Source of the DNA: Octopus sinensis
Taxonomy: Eukaryota
Direction: 5' to 3'
DNA: 64,000 bases
Assembly: GCF_006345805.1 (NCBI RefSeq)
Contig: NC_043006.1
Span: 68,944,001-69,008,000, forward strand
Shown here piece after piece: positions 12,134 to 26,120 of the stretch (the first letter of the stretch is position 1; each line of letters begins with the position of its first letter). Both the position numbers and the translations under genes were made by a program. The notes below the pieces were generated by a model. That model worked only from the letters and a program-made list of their open reading frames with translations, had not been told where the DNA came from and made no database searches.

Positions 12134-12330
12134 GCTACTACTACCGCTGCTGCTACTACTACTAGTGCTGTTGCTGCTGCTACTATTACTACTACTACTA
12201 CCGCTGCTGCGCTACTACTAGTGCTGTTGCTGCTGCTGCTACTACTACTACTACCGCTGCTGCGCTACTACTACTAGTGCTGCTGCTGCTGCTACTACTA
12301 CTACCACCACCACCACTACTACTACTACTG
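11985..12330. repeat. (CTA)n/(CTG)n trinucleotide low-complexity tract
   Basis: Directly visible. Confidence 0.9.
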
Positions 12331-13189
12331 TCATAAACTTAATTTTTTTCCTCGTTCCATTCCGTCACAAAGCTGAAGTTAAGAGTGTATAAGAAACTGT
12401 ACTCCGCAAGTGCATAGAAAGCTGTTTATTGAGGGCAGAGAAAGTTTCACCCTCCAAAGTACATATAAAGAGAAGACATGTCATATTATTGATAAATGGT
12501 TTGTTTCAAAACTGTTGTATTGTGGGTAAATATTTGATACAGTTGATGTCCTGTGGGTATTACAAACTTGTATCACATCTCTTATATAATAAATAGGAAA
12601 AAAAATTGCTGATATTAACGGCAACAGGAAAATTTGGTTCAATGCAGGAAAAGAATGTCAATGTTTATATTAATATATATATAGAAGTCTGCATATGTAT
12701 GTACATACACAACTACACTCACACACAGACAGACACACACACACATGCATGCATACATACATACACGCATATATACATGTATACGTATATATACATACAT
12801 GCACACACATATACATTTGAATTACATGAGCATGTGTGTGCGGGTGTGTGTCAAGCATGCCGTGTGCGGGCGTACACACGCTCACGCACACACACACACA
12901 TACTCACACACACACACACACACACGCACGCACCGCATCAACATAAATGTTGCACGAGTTAAACACTGTTTAAACATGTTTTCTATTTGAAAAACTGACA
13001 TCATTTTGGGACACATGCCATGCGCAATTACACACACACACACACACACACAAGCACGCAAACATACAGACATACATACATACATACATAGATACATACA
13101 TACATACATACAGTGACTATATGTAATGCATATAATTAAGTTTTGTCCATCTATTTTTATAAAAAAACTGATACAATCTTTCAGTTAGC

Positions 13190-14040
13190 CGGATGGTAAT
13201 GGTGGTGGTGTTGGTATTAATGATGGCGATGGTGGTGGTAGTGAAGGTGGCCGTCAGGTTGGTGTTGATGGTGTTAGCAATAGTCGTAGTGGTGAAGTAG
13301 TGGTAATGATGGTGGAAATGGTGATGGTGATAGTGATGGTGATGGTGATAATGGCATTGATGATGATGGTATTGGTAGTGGTGGTGGTGGGGATGGTGAT
13401 TGCGGTGTTGATAGTAGTGATGGTGATGATAATGGGAATGGCGGTGATGGTGGTGGTGATGATGGATGTTGTGGTGATGGTGATGGTGCTTGTGGTGACG
13501 GTGGTTGTGGTGGTAGGAGTAGTGAGTGTGATGGTAGTGATGGTGGTAATGGTGGTTGTGGGGATTGTAGTTGAGGTGATGGTGATTGTGGTGATGGTGG
13601 TAGTGATGGTGGAGGTAGTGGTGATGGTGACGGTGGTTGTGGGAATTGTAGTTGTGGTGATGGTGGTTGTGGTGATGGTGGGAGTGATGGTGGGAGTAAT
13701 GGTGATGGTGACGGTGGTTGTGGGAATTGTAGTTGTGGTGATGGTGGTTATGGTGATGGTGGTAGTGATTGTGGGAGTAGTGGTGATGGTGATGGTGATT
13801 GTGAGGATTGTAGTTGTGGTAATGGTGGTAGTGATGGTGGGAGTAATGGTGATGATGACGGTGGTTGTGGGAATTGTAGTTGTGGTGATGGTGGTTGTGG
13901 TGATGGTGGTAGTGATTGTGGGAGTAGTGGTGATGGTGATGATGGTTGTGGTGATGGTTGGTATAGATGAATAATGATGGTGATGATAATGGTTGTAGTG
14001 GTGCTATTGATGGTGATGGTGATAATGGTAGTGGTAAGGA
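13190..14040. repeat. (GGT/GAT)-rich low-complexity tract with internal ~60-nt re-duplications
   Basis: gacggtggttgtgggaattgtagttgtggtgatggtg recurs several times. Confidence 0.85.
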
Positions 14041-14194
14041 AGGTGTGTGTGCGTGCAGGGGGGATCTGATGATGTATCTTCTGACAGCGGTTTTATTTTG
14101 TAGTCTATTTCTACAGATTTTTCTTATTTCCGACCACCAATTGTTATAGCATTCCACTGGAATTACATCACTGCTATGCATGAATATATGCATA

Positions 14195-15527
14195 CGAGGT
14201 GGTATTAAAAAGTTCTCATACTAGTTCTGTTGCGCGCCAACAGATGGCAGCCCACGGTTGCGTGCGCAGTGAGAGCTAGAGGTGAACTTCATGAGACAGC
14301 GTGCCGAGTGGCATCGCTGTGTTTATTTCGTAGGTTGCGAAATTTGTGTTTTTGCGATCACGTATATGCTGTAGTCTACGATTTTGTCACGGACAGGAAG
14401 TTGGAACTAAGAGCCAACGTGAGATTTTGCGCTAAACTTAGGAAGTCTGCCGCAGAGACATTAAGCATGCTTCGGCAAGTTTACAGCGACGAGGCTATGG
14501 GTCGTATGTAATGTTTTGAGTGGCACGGGCGCTTTAAAAGCGGAAGAACGGGCCTGAAAGACGATGAGCGGTCTGGAAGACCTTCCACGAGAGTCACAAC
14601 CTAAAATGTGCTATTCTCTTTTACTCTTTTACTTGTTTCAGTCATTTGACTGCGGCCATGCTGGAGCACCACCTTTAATCGAGCAAATCGACCCCAGGAC
14701 TTATTATATGGAAGCCTAGTACTTATTCTACCGGCCACTTTTGCCGAACCGCTAAGTTACGGACACATAAACACACCACCATCGGTTGTCAAGCGATGTT
14801 GGGGGAGACAAACACAGACACACAAACATATACACACACATACATATATATATACATATACATATATACGACGGGCTTCTTTCAGTTTCCGTCTACGAAA
14901 TCCACTTACAAGGCCTTGGTCGGCCCGAGGCTATAGTAGAAGACACATGCCCAAAGTGCCGCGCAGTGGGAATGAACCCGGGACCATATGGTTGGTAAGC
15001 AAGCTACTTACCACACAGCCGCTCCTGTGCATAAGAAATTCATCCCCCAGGTCCAGATTGCCAATCGAGAGTTCCACTGCGACGTTTTGAAGCGTTTGAG
15101 GGAGGAGAAAGCGACTGCATCTGTTGAGCGTAAAGAACTGAATTCTTCACGATGACAATGCACCCTATCAATGAGATCTCTTCGCTTGTGAGTTTCTCGC
15201 CAAAAACAACATGCTATCGCTTCTGCACCTGCCCTATTCACCAGATTTAGCACCTGTGGACTTCCATCTCTTCCCACCAAGATGAAAATGCAGCTCAAAG
15301 GTCGCTGTTTTAACACCGTTGGCGATATCCAGAGCGAATTGCAAAAGGTCCTAGACAAGCTTACGGAAAACAACTTCCTGGCCGGATTCCAAAAGTGGCA
15401 GAAATGCTGGGACTGGTGCATTGGTGCACAAGGGAACTATTTCGAAGGAGATCATATTAAAACTGAGTTTAAATTTTTTTTTTTTTTATTAAACATAACT
15501 AGTCCTGGAACTTTTGATACCACATCG
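14195..15527 (+). mobile_element. mariner transposon, decayed and interrupted by a SINE
   Basis: TA TSDs at 14193 and 15528. TIRs cgaggtggtattaaaaagttc..actag / ctagt..gaacttttgataccacatcg. Peptides RANVRFCAKLRKSAAET, FEWHGRFKSGR..DDERSGRPST, HDNAP, PYSPDLAPVDFHLF and MKMQLKG. Confidence 0.92.
14612..15030 (-). mobile_element. SINE family A nested in the mariner element
   Basis: Same consensus; splits the transposase. Confidence 0.88.
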
Positions 15528-15840
15528 TATAGACACATACAAATAAATCCAGTATCCACTATACGCTTTCAGCTTCATATTTATAATTATTGGAGCAACA
15601 GGTACCTACCAAAACGTTTGGAGCAAAGTATGGCGGAACTTGGGATCTTGGAGAAAGAATACAAATCTTTAATTCGTATGCTACAAATAATCACGATAGT
15701 TGGGACTATAAAAATCTGCAAGACCTTCGTAAGATTTAAAGGATGACAGTTGAAGGAAGATACTTTTCTTCAAACCTTGCTACCAAGAAAGTGGGAGTCA
15801 GTCGAAGTTTACTCTGTAAGAAAAAAGAGAAAGAGAAAAG

Positions 15841-15874
<34 letters not shown>

Positions 15875-15931
15875 CATATATACATGCATACATACATATG
15901 TATATATATAAACATTCATACATATACACAT

Positions 15932-16007
<76 letters not shown>

Positions 16008-16068
16008 GTATATATATGTGTATATATATATGTATATATATATATATGTATATATAACTATATATGTG

Positions 16069-16135
<67 letters not shown>

Positions 16136-16139
16136 TGGT

Positions 16140-16530
16140 GCAAGAGTGTCTTGCTTACCAGCCACATGGTTCCGGGTTCAGTCTCACAGCGTGACACCTT
16201 GGGCAAGTGTCTTCTACTGTAGCCTCGGGCTGACCAAAGCCTTCTGAGTGGACTTGGTAGATGGAAACTGAAAGAAGCCCGTTGTACATATATATGTGAG
16301 AGTGTGTGTGTGTGTGTGTGTGTGTGCGTGTGAGTGCATGTGTGTTTGCGCCCCCACCATCGCTTGACAACAGATGCTGGTGTGTCTATATCTCCGTAAC
16401 TTAGCGGTTCGTCAAAAGGTGTGTCCAGTAGAATAAGTACTAGGCTTAGAATAAGTCCTGGTGCCGATTTGTTCGACTAAAGGCGGTGCTCCAACATGAC
16501 CGTAGTCAAATGATTGAAACAAATAAAAGA
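16140..16530 (+). mobile_element. SINE family A
   Basis: Same consensus in + orientation. Confidence 0.8.
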
Positions 16531-16623
16531 ATAACCGAATAAAAGAATGTATACATATATATACACACATATATACATATATGTATATACATATACATAT
16601 ACATAGTATATATATACATATAT

Positions 16624-16664
<41 letters not shown>

Positions 16665-17721
16665 TGCATACATACACATACATGCATACACATTTTTTAA
16701 TTGTTTCTGTCATTGGATAGCGACCTTGCTGGGGCACCACCTTGAACGGTTTAGTCGAACAATTTAACCCAGTAGTTATTTTCAAAGCCTGCTACTTATT
16801 CTATCGGTTAGTTTTGCCGAACCGCTACGTTTCAATGATATAAACAAGCCAACACCAATTGTCAAAAATTGTTGTGGGGAGGGGCAAGCATAAACACTGA
16901 CACACACATACGATGGACTTCTTTCAGTTTCCGTCTACCATACCCACTCACCGTGTGTGTGTGTGTATTTGCTCCAGTGCTAAAAAGGGCTGTCGCCAAA
17001 ACAGGCTTCAATAACTAACCACAAACTTATACTTAGGAAAGATAACAATAACGGCAGAATGAAAAATCTTGTTATTAACACGAGACATTAAACTAGAAAA
17101 CAACAGAAAGTAATTCATACAATGAAAGTAATAATACAAATTTCAAGGTAAACATAGAAGTAGTAAACTTAACGACTTAGACTGTTATAGGGGATACACA
17201 TGTTTAATATTTCCTCGTCAGTCCCCCAGTCGAGAACAAACCATTGCAATTTATTCTGATGCATATAATTAGATATAAAATATGATGAGATATAAAAAAA
17301 GATTATTTAGCATCACAATTTTATATGAAATTCTTCAAAGCTAGTGATGGTGTTGGTGGTGGTGGTGTGTGTGTGTGAGAGATATGTGTGTGTGTGTGTG
17401 TGTGTTCGGCAATAGACCAATAGAATAAGTACCAGGCTTATCAAAGAATAAGTACTGGGGTTGATTCATTCGGCTAAAGATATTCTTCAAAGCAATGCCC
17501 CAGCATGGCCGCAGTCTAATGACAGAAACAAGTCAAAGACAAAAGGATGTATATATATAGCGAGAGAGAGAGAGAGAGAGACAGACAGACCTAAAGGTGT
17601 CAGGTAATGCTGAGTAAGTGCTATGGACAGACTATAATTAAGCTCCAGGTTCGGTGATTATGCGAATGAGGAGTCCAACGTAGGTCATATGTCAGCATGT
17701 GTATATAAAAAAATTTTTCAA

Positions 17722-17849
17722 AATGAGATAAAAATCCAAGGCTGTGAAAGATTTCAGAACATATATAAACAGAACGTCTTACAGCTGTTTCCGGGATATT
17801 TTATACATATCCCGGAAACAGCTGTAAGACCATGGATTTTTATCTCATT
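17722..17849. repeat. nested fold-back containing GAAAcagctgTA (hammerhead 3' half)
   Basis: Inner hairpin gtcttacagctgtttccgggatat / atatcccggaaacagctgtaagac (17776-17830). Outer pair aatgagataaaaatcca / tggatttttatctcatt. Confidence 0.75.
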
Positions 17850-18199
17850 CGGTTGTCAAGCGATGGTGGGGGAACAAACACAGACACACAAACATACATT
17901 CACACATACATATATACATATATACGTTGGGCTTCTTTTAGTTTCCGTCTAACAAATCCACTCACAAGGCTTTCGTCGACCCGAGGCTATAGTAGAAGAC
18001 ACTTGCCCTAGGTACCACACAGTGGGACTGAACACAGAAGCATGTGGTTGATAAACAAGCTATTTACCACACAGCCAATAAATATATAATTAATAAATAG
18101 TTAATAATATTAGTGGCGTGAACCGAACAGGGAAGTTTTAAAATCGTGATGGTACTGGAAAAGTACCAGCTTTGCTAGAGATAGGAGTCAATAGATTAG

Positions 18200-18274
<75 letters not shown>

Positions 18275-18421
18275 CATACATACATACATACATCAATTTA
18301 AAGACTCCACTAGAATGGACGAAAACGCTATATATATGATATATGATGTATAAAAACATATAACATACTAATAAATATCTGTAAATATAAACCATCCGTT
18401 ATTTCTGAGTACCTCATTTCT

Positions 18422-18504
<83 letters not shown>

Positions 18505-18738
18505 ATATACACACACAGAAAGTGGGAGACTTATGAAACCACTTTTCAATTGTAAGAACCCTACTGCTTACAGTTTCATAGGAACTTCTATAGCATCATG
18601 AACTACCACCACCAAGCAGCAGCAGCAGCAGCACCACCACCACCACCACCACTAGCATCATCATCGCCACCACATCAGTGATTCTGTTACTGTTTATTTT
18701 GTTGACTTAATCCTATGTAATCCAAACCTATGATTCGG

Positions 18739-18770
<32 letters not shown>

Positions 18771-18834
18771 ATACACACACACACAAACTGTGGATGAGAG
18801 ACAGAGAATGAGACTATAAGGTAGAAAATCTATG

Positions 18835-18906
<72 letters not shown>

Positions 18907-19061
18907 GTCTGTCTGTCTGTCTGTCTAATGCTTGTGTGCGTGTGGGGGTGTGTGCGCGGGTGTATTTTTCTTAATATCACTGATCATGTCTGTCTGTCTC
19001 TCTTTCTCTCTCTCCCTCTGTCTCTATCTGCATGTCTTTTGCTCTCTCTCTCTCTCTCTTA

Positions 19062-19101
<40 letters not shown>

Positions 19102-20568
19102 TACACACATCACTCTCGCGCGCGCAGTCCCCAGTGCCAACACCTACAAACTATGACTCACACACCTTCCCTTCTGTGCCCCTCACCCCACCCCCGCCCT
19201 TTATCACTCTCCCTCCCATAATCACTCCCAGGCCTTGTCATCCCGTTCTCCTCTATTTTAACCAACCTTCTTCACCACCACCACCACCTCCATCGCCACC
19301 ACAACTTGCACTGCGCCCGTCATCACCACCACCGCCGTCACCACCACCACCACCACCACCCTCTGCCATCTCACATCAACCGATTGTATCTCAGACAACT
19401 GAAGAATTTTAATTCTTTTCCTTCTCTCTTTGTAAAAATCATCTGACGCCATCTTGCCTTTCTCCCCTCTTCTCCCTTTCCCTTTTCCTCCTCTTATTTC
19501 CCTTCCCGTGTCGTCTCAGACGAATTTCTTGTCATTTATTAGACATTTCTAGACATTTATTAGTTTTGTCAATTGTTATTTTACAATTTACATACCTGTC
19601 TACTTCACTGGATAAAATCTGCTGCGGCATCTAAGTTACTTTCCTTTGCGTTCAGCGTTCAAGTCCCACCAGAGTCAACTCCGTTACTCATTCAGTTGTC
19701 CAAAATTGATACAATAGGGACCAACCAAAAACTACACTCTTTCTCCCATCACTTTCAGTTGCCTTGAGCTACTGAATTATTTTGTTTGTATGGCGGCGTG
19801 CTGGCGGAAACTTTCTGAGTTCAAATTCCACCGAGGTCGACTTTACCTTTCATCCTTTCGGAGTCGATAAATTAAGTACCAGTTGCGTACTGGGGCCGAT
19901 CTAATCGACTGGCCCCCTCCTCCAAATTTTCAGGCCTTGAACCTAGAGTAGAAACGAAACGAATTATTTTGTTTGGACAAAATGTTTAGCGGTATATCTT
20001 ATACTCTGCTTTACGTTCTGGGTTCAAATTCCACCGCGGGCTCCTTTGCATTTCATCCTTTCGAATTCAAACAAATAAGTATCAGTTGGACACAGGGACC
20101 AATGTAATTTACTATTACCCTGCCCTAAAATATTTCTGGCGGTGTGACTATAGTAAAAAGTTTATTATTTTTATTGTTCTTTTTAATTCAGATTTTGTTG
20201 GAACTCCTGGAGCCTTGCATGCGTGGCGGGCTTGCTGCCTGCAGCTTACGGTGCCATGCTATCTGTTCTTTCCGACTATGTAATACTTTTCTGATTACTC
20301 TAGCCTTGCCAAGGAAGCAAACCATTTGTAGAACTATTCTACTGGGCACACTAATTTTCTTTTATATTCCTCTTGATGCCTTCTGATACTGTCCCCAAGA
20401 ACCCAACAATAACTGACACTATATTCATCTTCATTTTCCACATTCTTCTTCTTCTTCTTCTTCTTCTTCTTCTTCTTTTCTTATTATTATTATTATTATA
20501 TATTATTGATCTTCTTCAGGTTGAGTAGCACATTCCGCTCAAATACACACATATATATTATATATATA

Positions 20569-20637
<69 letters not shown>

Positions 20638-20988
20638 ATTGATCACCTTGACTGACCAGTCCGTCGGGCGTCCATTTGACACCGCTGGTCACAGCACGCT
20701 GTACACTCTTCTCTGGATCGCGCCTTTCTCATCCACGTGATCCCAATCGTCCTCCTGAAATCGTAACTTCTTGTATATATATATATATAATATATATATA
20801 AGAAATGAATAAAAATGATCATTGTAATTCCTTAATGCTACTCTGTACACGATTGACGCTTCGTTCTGAATCATATATATATTGAGTTCTAACACCATGA
20901 TATTAGTATTGCTATGCTTAAGCGAAATAATAGCAACAACAACAGCAACATACAATGCAACTACTACTAATACTAATACTACTACTAT

Positions 20989-21079
<91 letters not shown>

Positions 21080-21096
21080 TAATAATAATAATAATA

Positions 21097-21129
<33 letters not shown>

Positions 21130-21134
<5 letters not shown>

Positions 21135-21619
21135 GGATACAGCAAACACTCTGCTCATTACCACAGATTTGCTTGTCAGTTGTTTGACCTTAGCCATTTG
21201 AGCATGTCCCTTGATGGCTGATGATATGTGCATCTCTGATCACGAACAGACGTAGTGGGGGAGCATCATAGCCGTGTGTTCAGAGTAATTCTTTGGGGTT
21301 TGGATAATTCACCTTTGGAAACATGGATGTTTTGTTTAACATCCTTAAACAATCCTTATTCAGGGACCTTTTGAGTGGGATGGGTTACTCAACCTGAAGA
21401 AAATTCTAACTGGGTCCCACCTGCAAGGTCATGCACTGTTTATCTTGATTTCAGATCACAATGTCGCGCACATATGGTTGTGATGCATGTGCCTAGTGTA
21501 CCCTTACCAGGTGGGTATTCACGATGGGTATATTGGGCTTCGTATATTTTACCCCAGTATCACTTCGATGGCATGCGCCGCTCTCTCACGCAATAATAAT
21601 GAAAATAATAATGATAATA

Positions 21620-21704
<85 letters not shown>

Positions 21705-22255
21705 CGACGACGACGACGATGATATGCACTGATGCAGTACTAGGCAGTGTCTCTCATATCTTCTGATCTTAACTGGTTGGAAGTGTTATCTTGCACATGC
21801 TTTGTTATGACATAAAAGATGGGCTACAGGAAATATTCTGTTCAACTGACCTTAACCATTTGAGCATGTCTCTTGGTGGCTGACGATATGTGCATCTCTG
21901 ATCACGAGCAGATATAGTTGGGGAACATCATAACCATGTATTGAGAGGAATTCTTTGGGGTGTGAATAATTAATCTCTGGAAACATGGATATTTCATATA
22001 TCATCCTTAAACAACCCTTATTCAAGGATCGTTTGAGTGGGATGGGCTACTCGACATGAAGAAGACTTTAACTGGGCCCCACCTGCAGGATCATGAGTTG
22101 TTTGTATTGATATAAGATCACCATGTCGTGCATATATGGCTTCTGTTACATGTTCCTGGTGTACCCTTATCAGACGGTTAATCATGATGGGTATATTGGG
22201 CTTCGTATATTTTACCCCACTGTCACTTTGATGGCATGCATGGCACTCTCACTTA
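21130..22255 (+). mobile_element. two tandem copies of a ~470-bp non-coding retroelement end with (AAT)n tails
   Basis: Copies at 21130-21595 and 21730-22255 share gatatgtgcatctctgatcacg...gggcttcgtatattttacccca...ctctc(a)c+(aat)n. A third copy lies at 58970-59450(-). Confidence 0.8.
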
Positions 22256-22337
22256 ATAATAATAATAATAATAATAATGATGATGATGATGATTATGACG
22301 ACGATGGTGATGATGATGATGGTGATGATGATGAAGT

Positions 22338-22445
<108 letters not shown>

Positions 22446-22449
22446 TGAT

Positions 22450-22970
22450 AGCCAGACATTATATTGAAAGACTTCAGACAAAAATCATGCTTCCTCATTG
22501 ATATGACTGTCCCAATCGATATAAACGTATCTGTCAAGACCTACCAAAAACTGAGCAAATATAAAGATCTTGAAATAGAAATTAGCAAAATGTGGAATCT
22601 GAAGACTAAAACAATACCTGTTGTCACAGGTGCCCTGGGAATGATAGCAAAAGGTGCTGAGTGCTACCTAGCTCAGATACCAGGAAACCCAAAATGGCAG
22701 AAATTCAAAAGATAGTGCTCATGGGAACTGCTCATATCTTACGCAAAATACTTTCTATGTAATCTCAAGTTTTAAAATAAACATAATTTTCTTATGGTTT
22801 CTTAAACATTCTCTTGAACAACACTATGTACAAAACCAAATATATGGCACCCTAGGCATAACACCAGCATGAACTTCCAGCTTGTTGTCTCTTGAGGTCT
22901 CTAGGTGAGACTTGGAGCCAAGTTGTACAAATGTAAAGCAAAAGTCAAACATAAAATAATAATAATAGAT
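22450..22970 (+). pseudogene. R4/Dong-like non-LTR retrotransposon 3' end (restriction-like endonuclease)
   Basis: PDIILKDFRQKSCFLIDMTVP...KLSKYKDL...IPVVTGALG is a PD-(D/E)xK RLE motif. Begins in (AAT)n and ends in an aataataat tail. Confidence 0.85.
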
Positions 22971-23010
22971 ATTAAAAAACCCTGATAAATTAACAACACA
23001 TACACACACA

Positions 23011-23061
<51 letters not shown>

Positions 23062-23121
23062 ATACACACGAATGAAAATTCTAATATGATATCGTTCTAT
23101 CGTTCTCTCTGTCTTTCGCAG

Positions 23122-23397
23122 CTATTGAATGCAAGTGTAGCACAAAAGAATGTCGCCAAGAACGAACAGAGAGCTGTACAGCAAAATATGCTTGTTACGT
23201 GGAAATACATGTTGACGATAACGGCAAACAGACAGGCTCCGTTCTAAGGGGTTGCATAGACACAAAAGCATCGCTACTCTGTGAGAACAGACGACCAGAA
23301 AATATTCGGATTAATAAGCCTTGGCCCTATTTATATTGCTGTGAACAGGATTTCTGTAACCAGCAAGTCTTACCCACGCTGCCCACCAACAACAAGA
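23122..23397 (+). CDS. BAMBI: BAMBI-like pseudoreceptor, ectodomain exon (TGF-beta type I receptor-like, 10 Cys)
   Basis: Acceptor ctctctgtctttcgcAG (AG 23120-23121) and donor GTAAGT at 23398, phase 1 on both sides. Translation: IECKCSTKECRQERTESCTAKYACYVEIH...LRGCIDTKASLLCENRRPE...PYLYCCEQDFCNQQVLPTLPTNNK. The CxC...GC.D...CC..D.CN spacing matches the BAMBI/activin-receptor ectodomain. Confidence 0.88.
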
Positions 23398-23788
23398 GTA
23401 AGTACATAGTTGTTTTTATTTGTTTGTTATTATAGAGGAGAGGGCTGTACCAGAGAAAGAGGGACCTACATGTTAAGAACTCACCATAACTTTCTTAAAT
23501 ATTTGTCGTTTTAGAAACAATTCACATAAATTACTACAAACTTTAATTGTAAATTTATTATGCTAGAAGTAGCAACCAAATCGTACTCCCTTGTTTTTTT
23601 CTTAAATCATACTCTCTATGTCGGGTCTAGTAACGTATCATTCTTTTTTTTCCCAATGATGACAAGCTACCAGCTTCTCGCTCAACTCCTCTGTTTCTGG
23701 GGAAATGGATCTAGTGAGTGGCCTCCTTTGACATTTAACACGGTGAAACGTTGCCAAATTCCATACACACACGCACTCACACATATGT

Positions 23789-24092
23789 GTGGAGGCACAT
23801 GGCCAAGTGGTAGAGCAGCGGACTCGCGGTCGAGAGATCGTGGGTTCGAATCTAAGACCGGACGATGTGTGTGTTTATGAGCGAAACACCTAAGCTCCAC
23901 GTGGCTCCGGCAGAAGGTAATAGCGATCTTCTGCTGACTCTTTCGCCACAACTTTCTCTCACTCTTTCCTCCTGCATCTGACAGCTCATCTGTGACGGAC
24001 CGGCGTCCCGTCCAGGTGGGGAACCTATACGCCAAGGAAACCGGGAAACCGGCCCTTATGAGCCAGGCGTGGCTCGAGAAGGAACAAACAAC
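23789..24092 (+). mobile_element. tRNA-derived SINE family C in the BAMBI intron
   Basis: A box tggccaagtgg, B box ggttcgaatct. Closely matches 56360-56657; a related copy lies at 54235-54352(-). Confidence 0.85.
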
Positions 24093-24475
24093 TGTTCCTC
24101 ATAAAGGATAAAGGATAAAACAACACACATATGTAGAGAGAGAGAGAGAGAGTTAAATAAGATTCGGGTAGAAACCTTGTAGAATGCTATGCAAAGCCCG
24201 TCCACAGATAATGGCTACCTGATGTCATCATACAGTGGAAATGCTCCTGCTACTGGATATATACCAAGAAATCCATAGTATCCGTAGAGTTTATGTTAAC
24301 GAATAGATGATAGAAAATGGAATGAACAGCATTCTTTATTTTTAAATCTCTACAATTGTTTCGACACATTTTTTCACCTGTAGTACACAACCTCTCACCA
24401 ATGTACCACTGCTGTAAGCATGTGTCGAAACAATTGTGGTTTAAAAATAAAGAACGTCGTTTATTCCATTTTCTG

Positions 24476-24561
<86 letters not shown>

Positions 24562-25590
24562 AATCTATCTATCTATATAACTATCTATCTATCTGTCTGT
24601 CTATCTCTACATGTGTGTGAGTGTGTGTGCGTGCGAGCGCGAGTGTGTGTACGTGTATAAAGTGTGAGAAGGAAATAAGGAAAAGCGAGAAAGCGGATGA
24701 GTGCGTGTGTGCGTGAGTGTGTGTGTATGAGAGAAGGAGAGAGAGATAGAGGGAGAGAGAGATAGTGGGAGAGAGTTAGAGAGAGAGCACTTGATTGGTT
24801 ATTTTTCATCGATTCTGAAAGGCAAAGCTAACGACAGTAGGACTTGAATCCAGCGTGCAGAAAGCCGGAAGAAAGAGCTCAATCCATTCTACTCGACGTA
24901 ATTTATGACACTGCCTAAAATGGCCAAGTCACATTCTCTACCCCTCTAAATATAAAACCAAGATATATTACCAGATGACAAATGTGGGGCTTTTCCTGAG
25001 ACAATAAACTACATTGTATCAACGATGTCTCACACTTATTTTAAAGCCACAATAATTATCAGATTTTTTTTCGACATACACCAAATTTTAGCTGCTGCAA
25101 CAAAATGCTCTCTTAAACTCATCTAAACCGGCGCTTGTTTTTTAAAAATGTCATTGTGAAAATATTATCGAACTTTAACGTAAAGATTTTGTATAATATG
25201 ACTTGTAATATGGATGACAGTGTTTGTTGCAAAATTGACAAAAACGTTTTGATTATCGGATTAGCAGCTCCAAATGACCATAGAGTTGTGTAAAGACGAG
25301 CTGAAAAACGATGAACTATCAACTTAACTGTTGAACTAAAAAGATTATAGCAGTTAACGACTTATTTTTTATAATCGGATTTGTTTTTGGTACCACTGGA
25401 ATGACACAACAGCCATTTCTGTAAGGACATCGACAAATTACCTGTAAGGATAGTCATGGATACCTTCCATAAAATAACAAGACTTTAATTAGATTTAAGA
25501 TAGTAATCTCACCTGGTATTTGTTAATCTTGAACATTTATGCTACATTTTTATGTATGATTTTCAAGACGTCTTTATATGTATTTTACAG

Positions 25591-26120
25591 TTACGGTTTC
25601 AAGTCCAGCGAGTGGTAGACCCTCAACCGTCTACCCTATGTCCCACCTACAAGCCGTTAGTCGTCCGAACACAAGGAGTGTGAACCCGATGTACATCGCT
25701 ATACCTTTAGTCGGAGTGTGCATTTTGTTAGCCCTGATAGTGTTCGCCCTTTATTTGCTTCGACAACGGACAGAATATAACAGTTTCCAGTCTCCTGCCT
25801 CCGGAGTCAGCAACCCCAGCTCAACCAATGACCATTTTGATGTCAATGGCATTCACAGAGGCAAACATTCAGTTATGGATTTACCTTCGCGAAATTCCAA
25901 GTCACAACCTGCAGTTAATACGACGGAAAGCAGCTCAGGCTGCGCTACTAGTGCCGCTGCGACGGCAGCTTCCGCCGTGGCAGCGGTGGCAGCAGAAGCT
26001 GCAACTTCCGGTTCATCATTGTCGAAATCAGTTTGTAATAACAGAGACTTGATCAGCCATTGTTCAGAAAGCGACAGATCATCGTCTGGCAGTGAAACAA
26101 AACTGTTTCTCCAGGTTTAG
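25591..26120 (+). CDS. BAMBI: BAMBI-like pseudoreceptor, terminal exon (TM helix plus short Ser/Ala-rich cytoplasmic tail, no kinase)
   Basis: Acceptor tattttacAG (25589-25590), phase 1, joins the previous exon in frame (A+TT = Ile). TM YIAIPLVGVCILLALIVFALYLLRQR resembles the vertebrate BAMBI TM (recalled as IAVPIAGGLILVLLIMLALRMLR). Ends KLFLQV-stop with no GS or kinase domain. Confidence 0.87.

Noticed and set aside
11906-12277. Thr/Ala-rich mucin-like or poly-Leu ORFs
   Set aside because: Produced by (CTA/CTG)n microsatellite.
13117-14193. 358-aa His-rich ORF (and the 224-aa Met/Val ORF on the opposite strand)
   Set aside because: Translation of a GGT/GAT low-complexity tract like the one at 63260-63925; no splice or domain evidence.
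19032-19412. Pro-rich ORF
   Set aside because: Derived from (CT)n and (CCA)n repeats; no supporting splice structure.
23789-23865. tRNA gene
   Set aside because: A and B boxes are present, but it is the head of a ~300-bp dispersed repeat (copy at 56360) without a clean acceptor stem, so it is a SINE.
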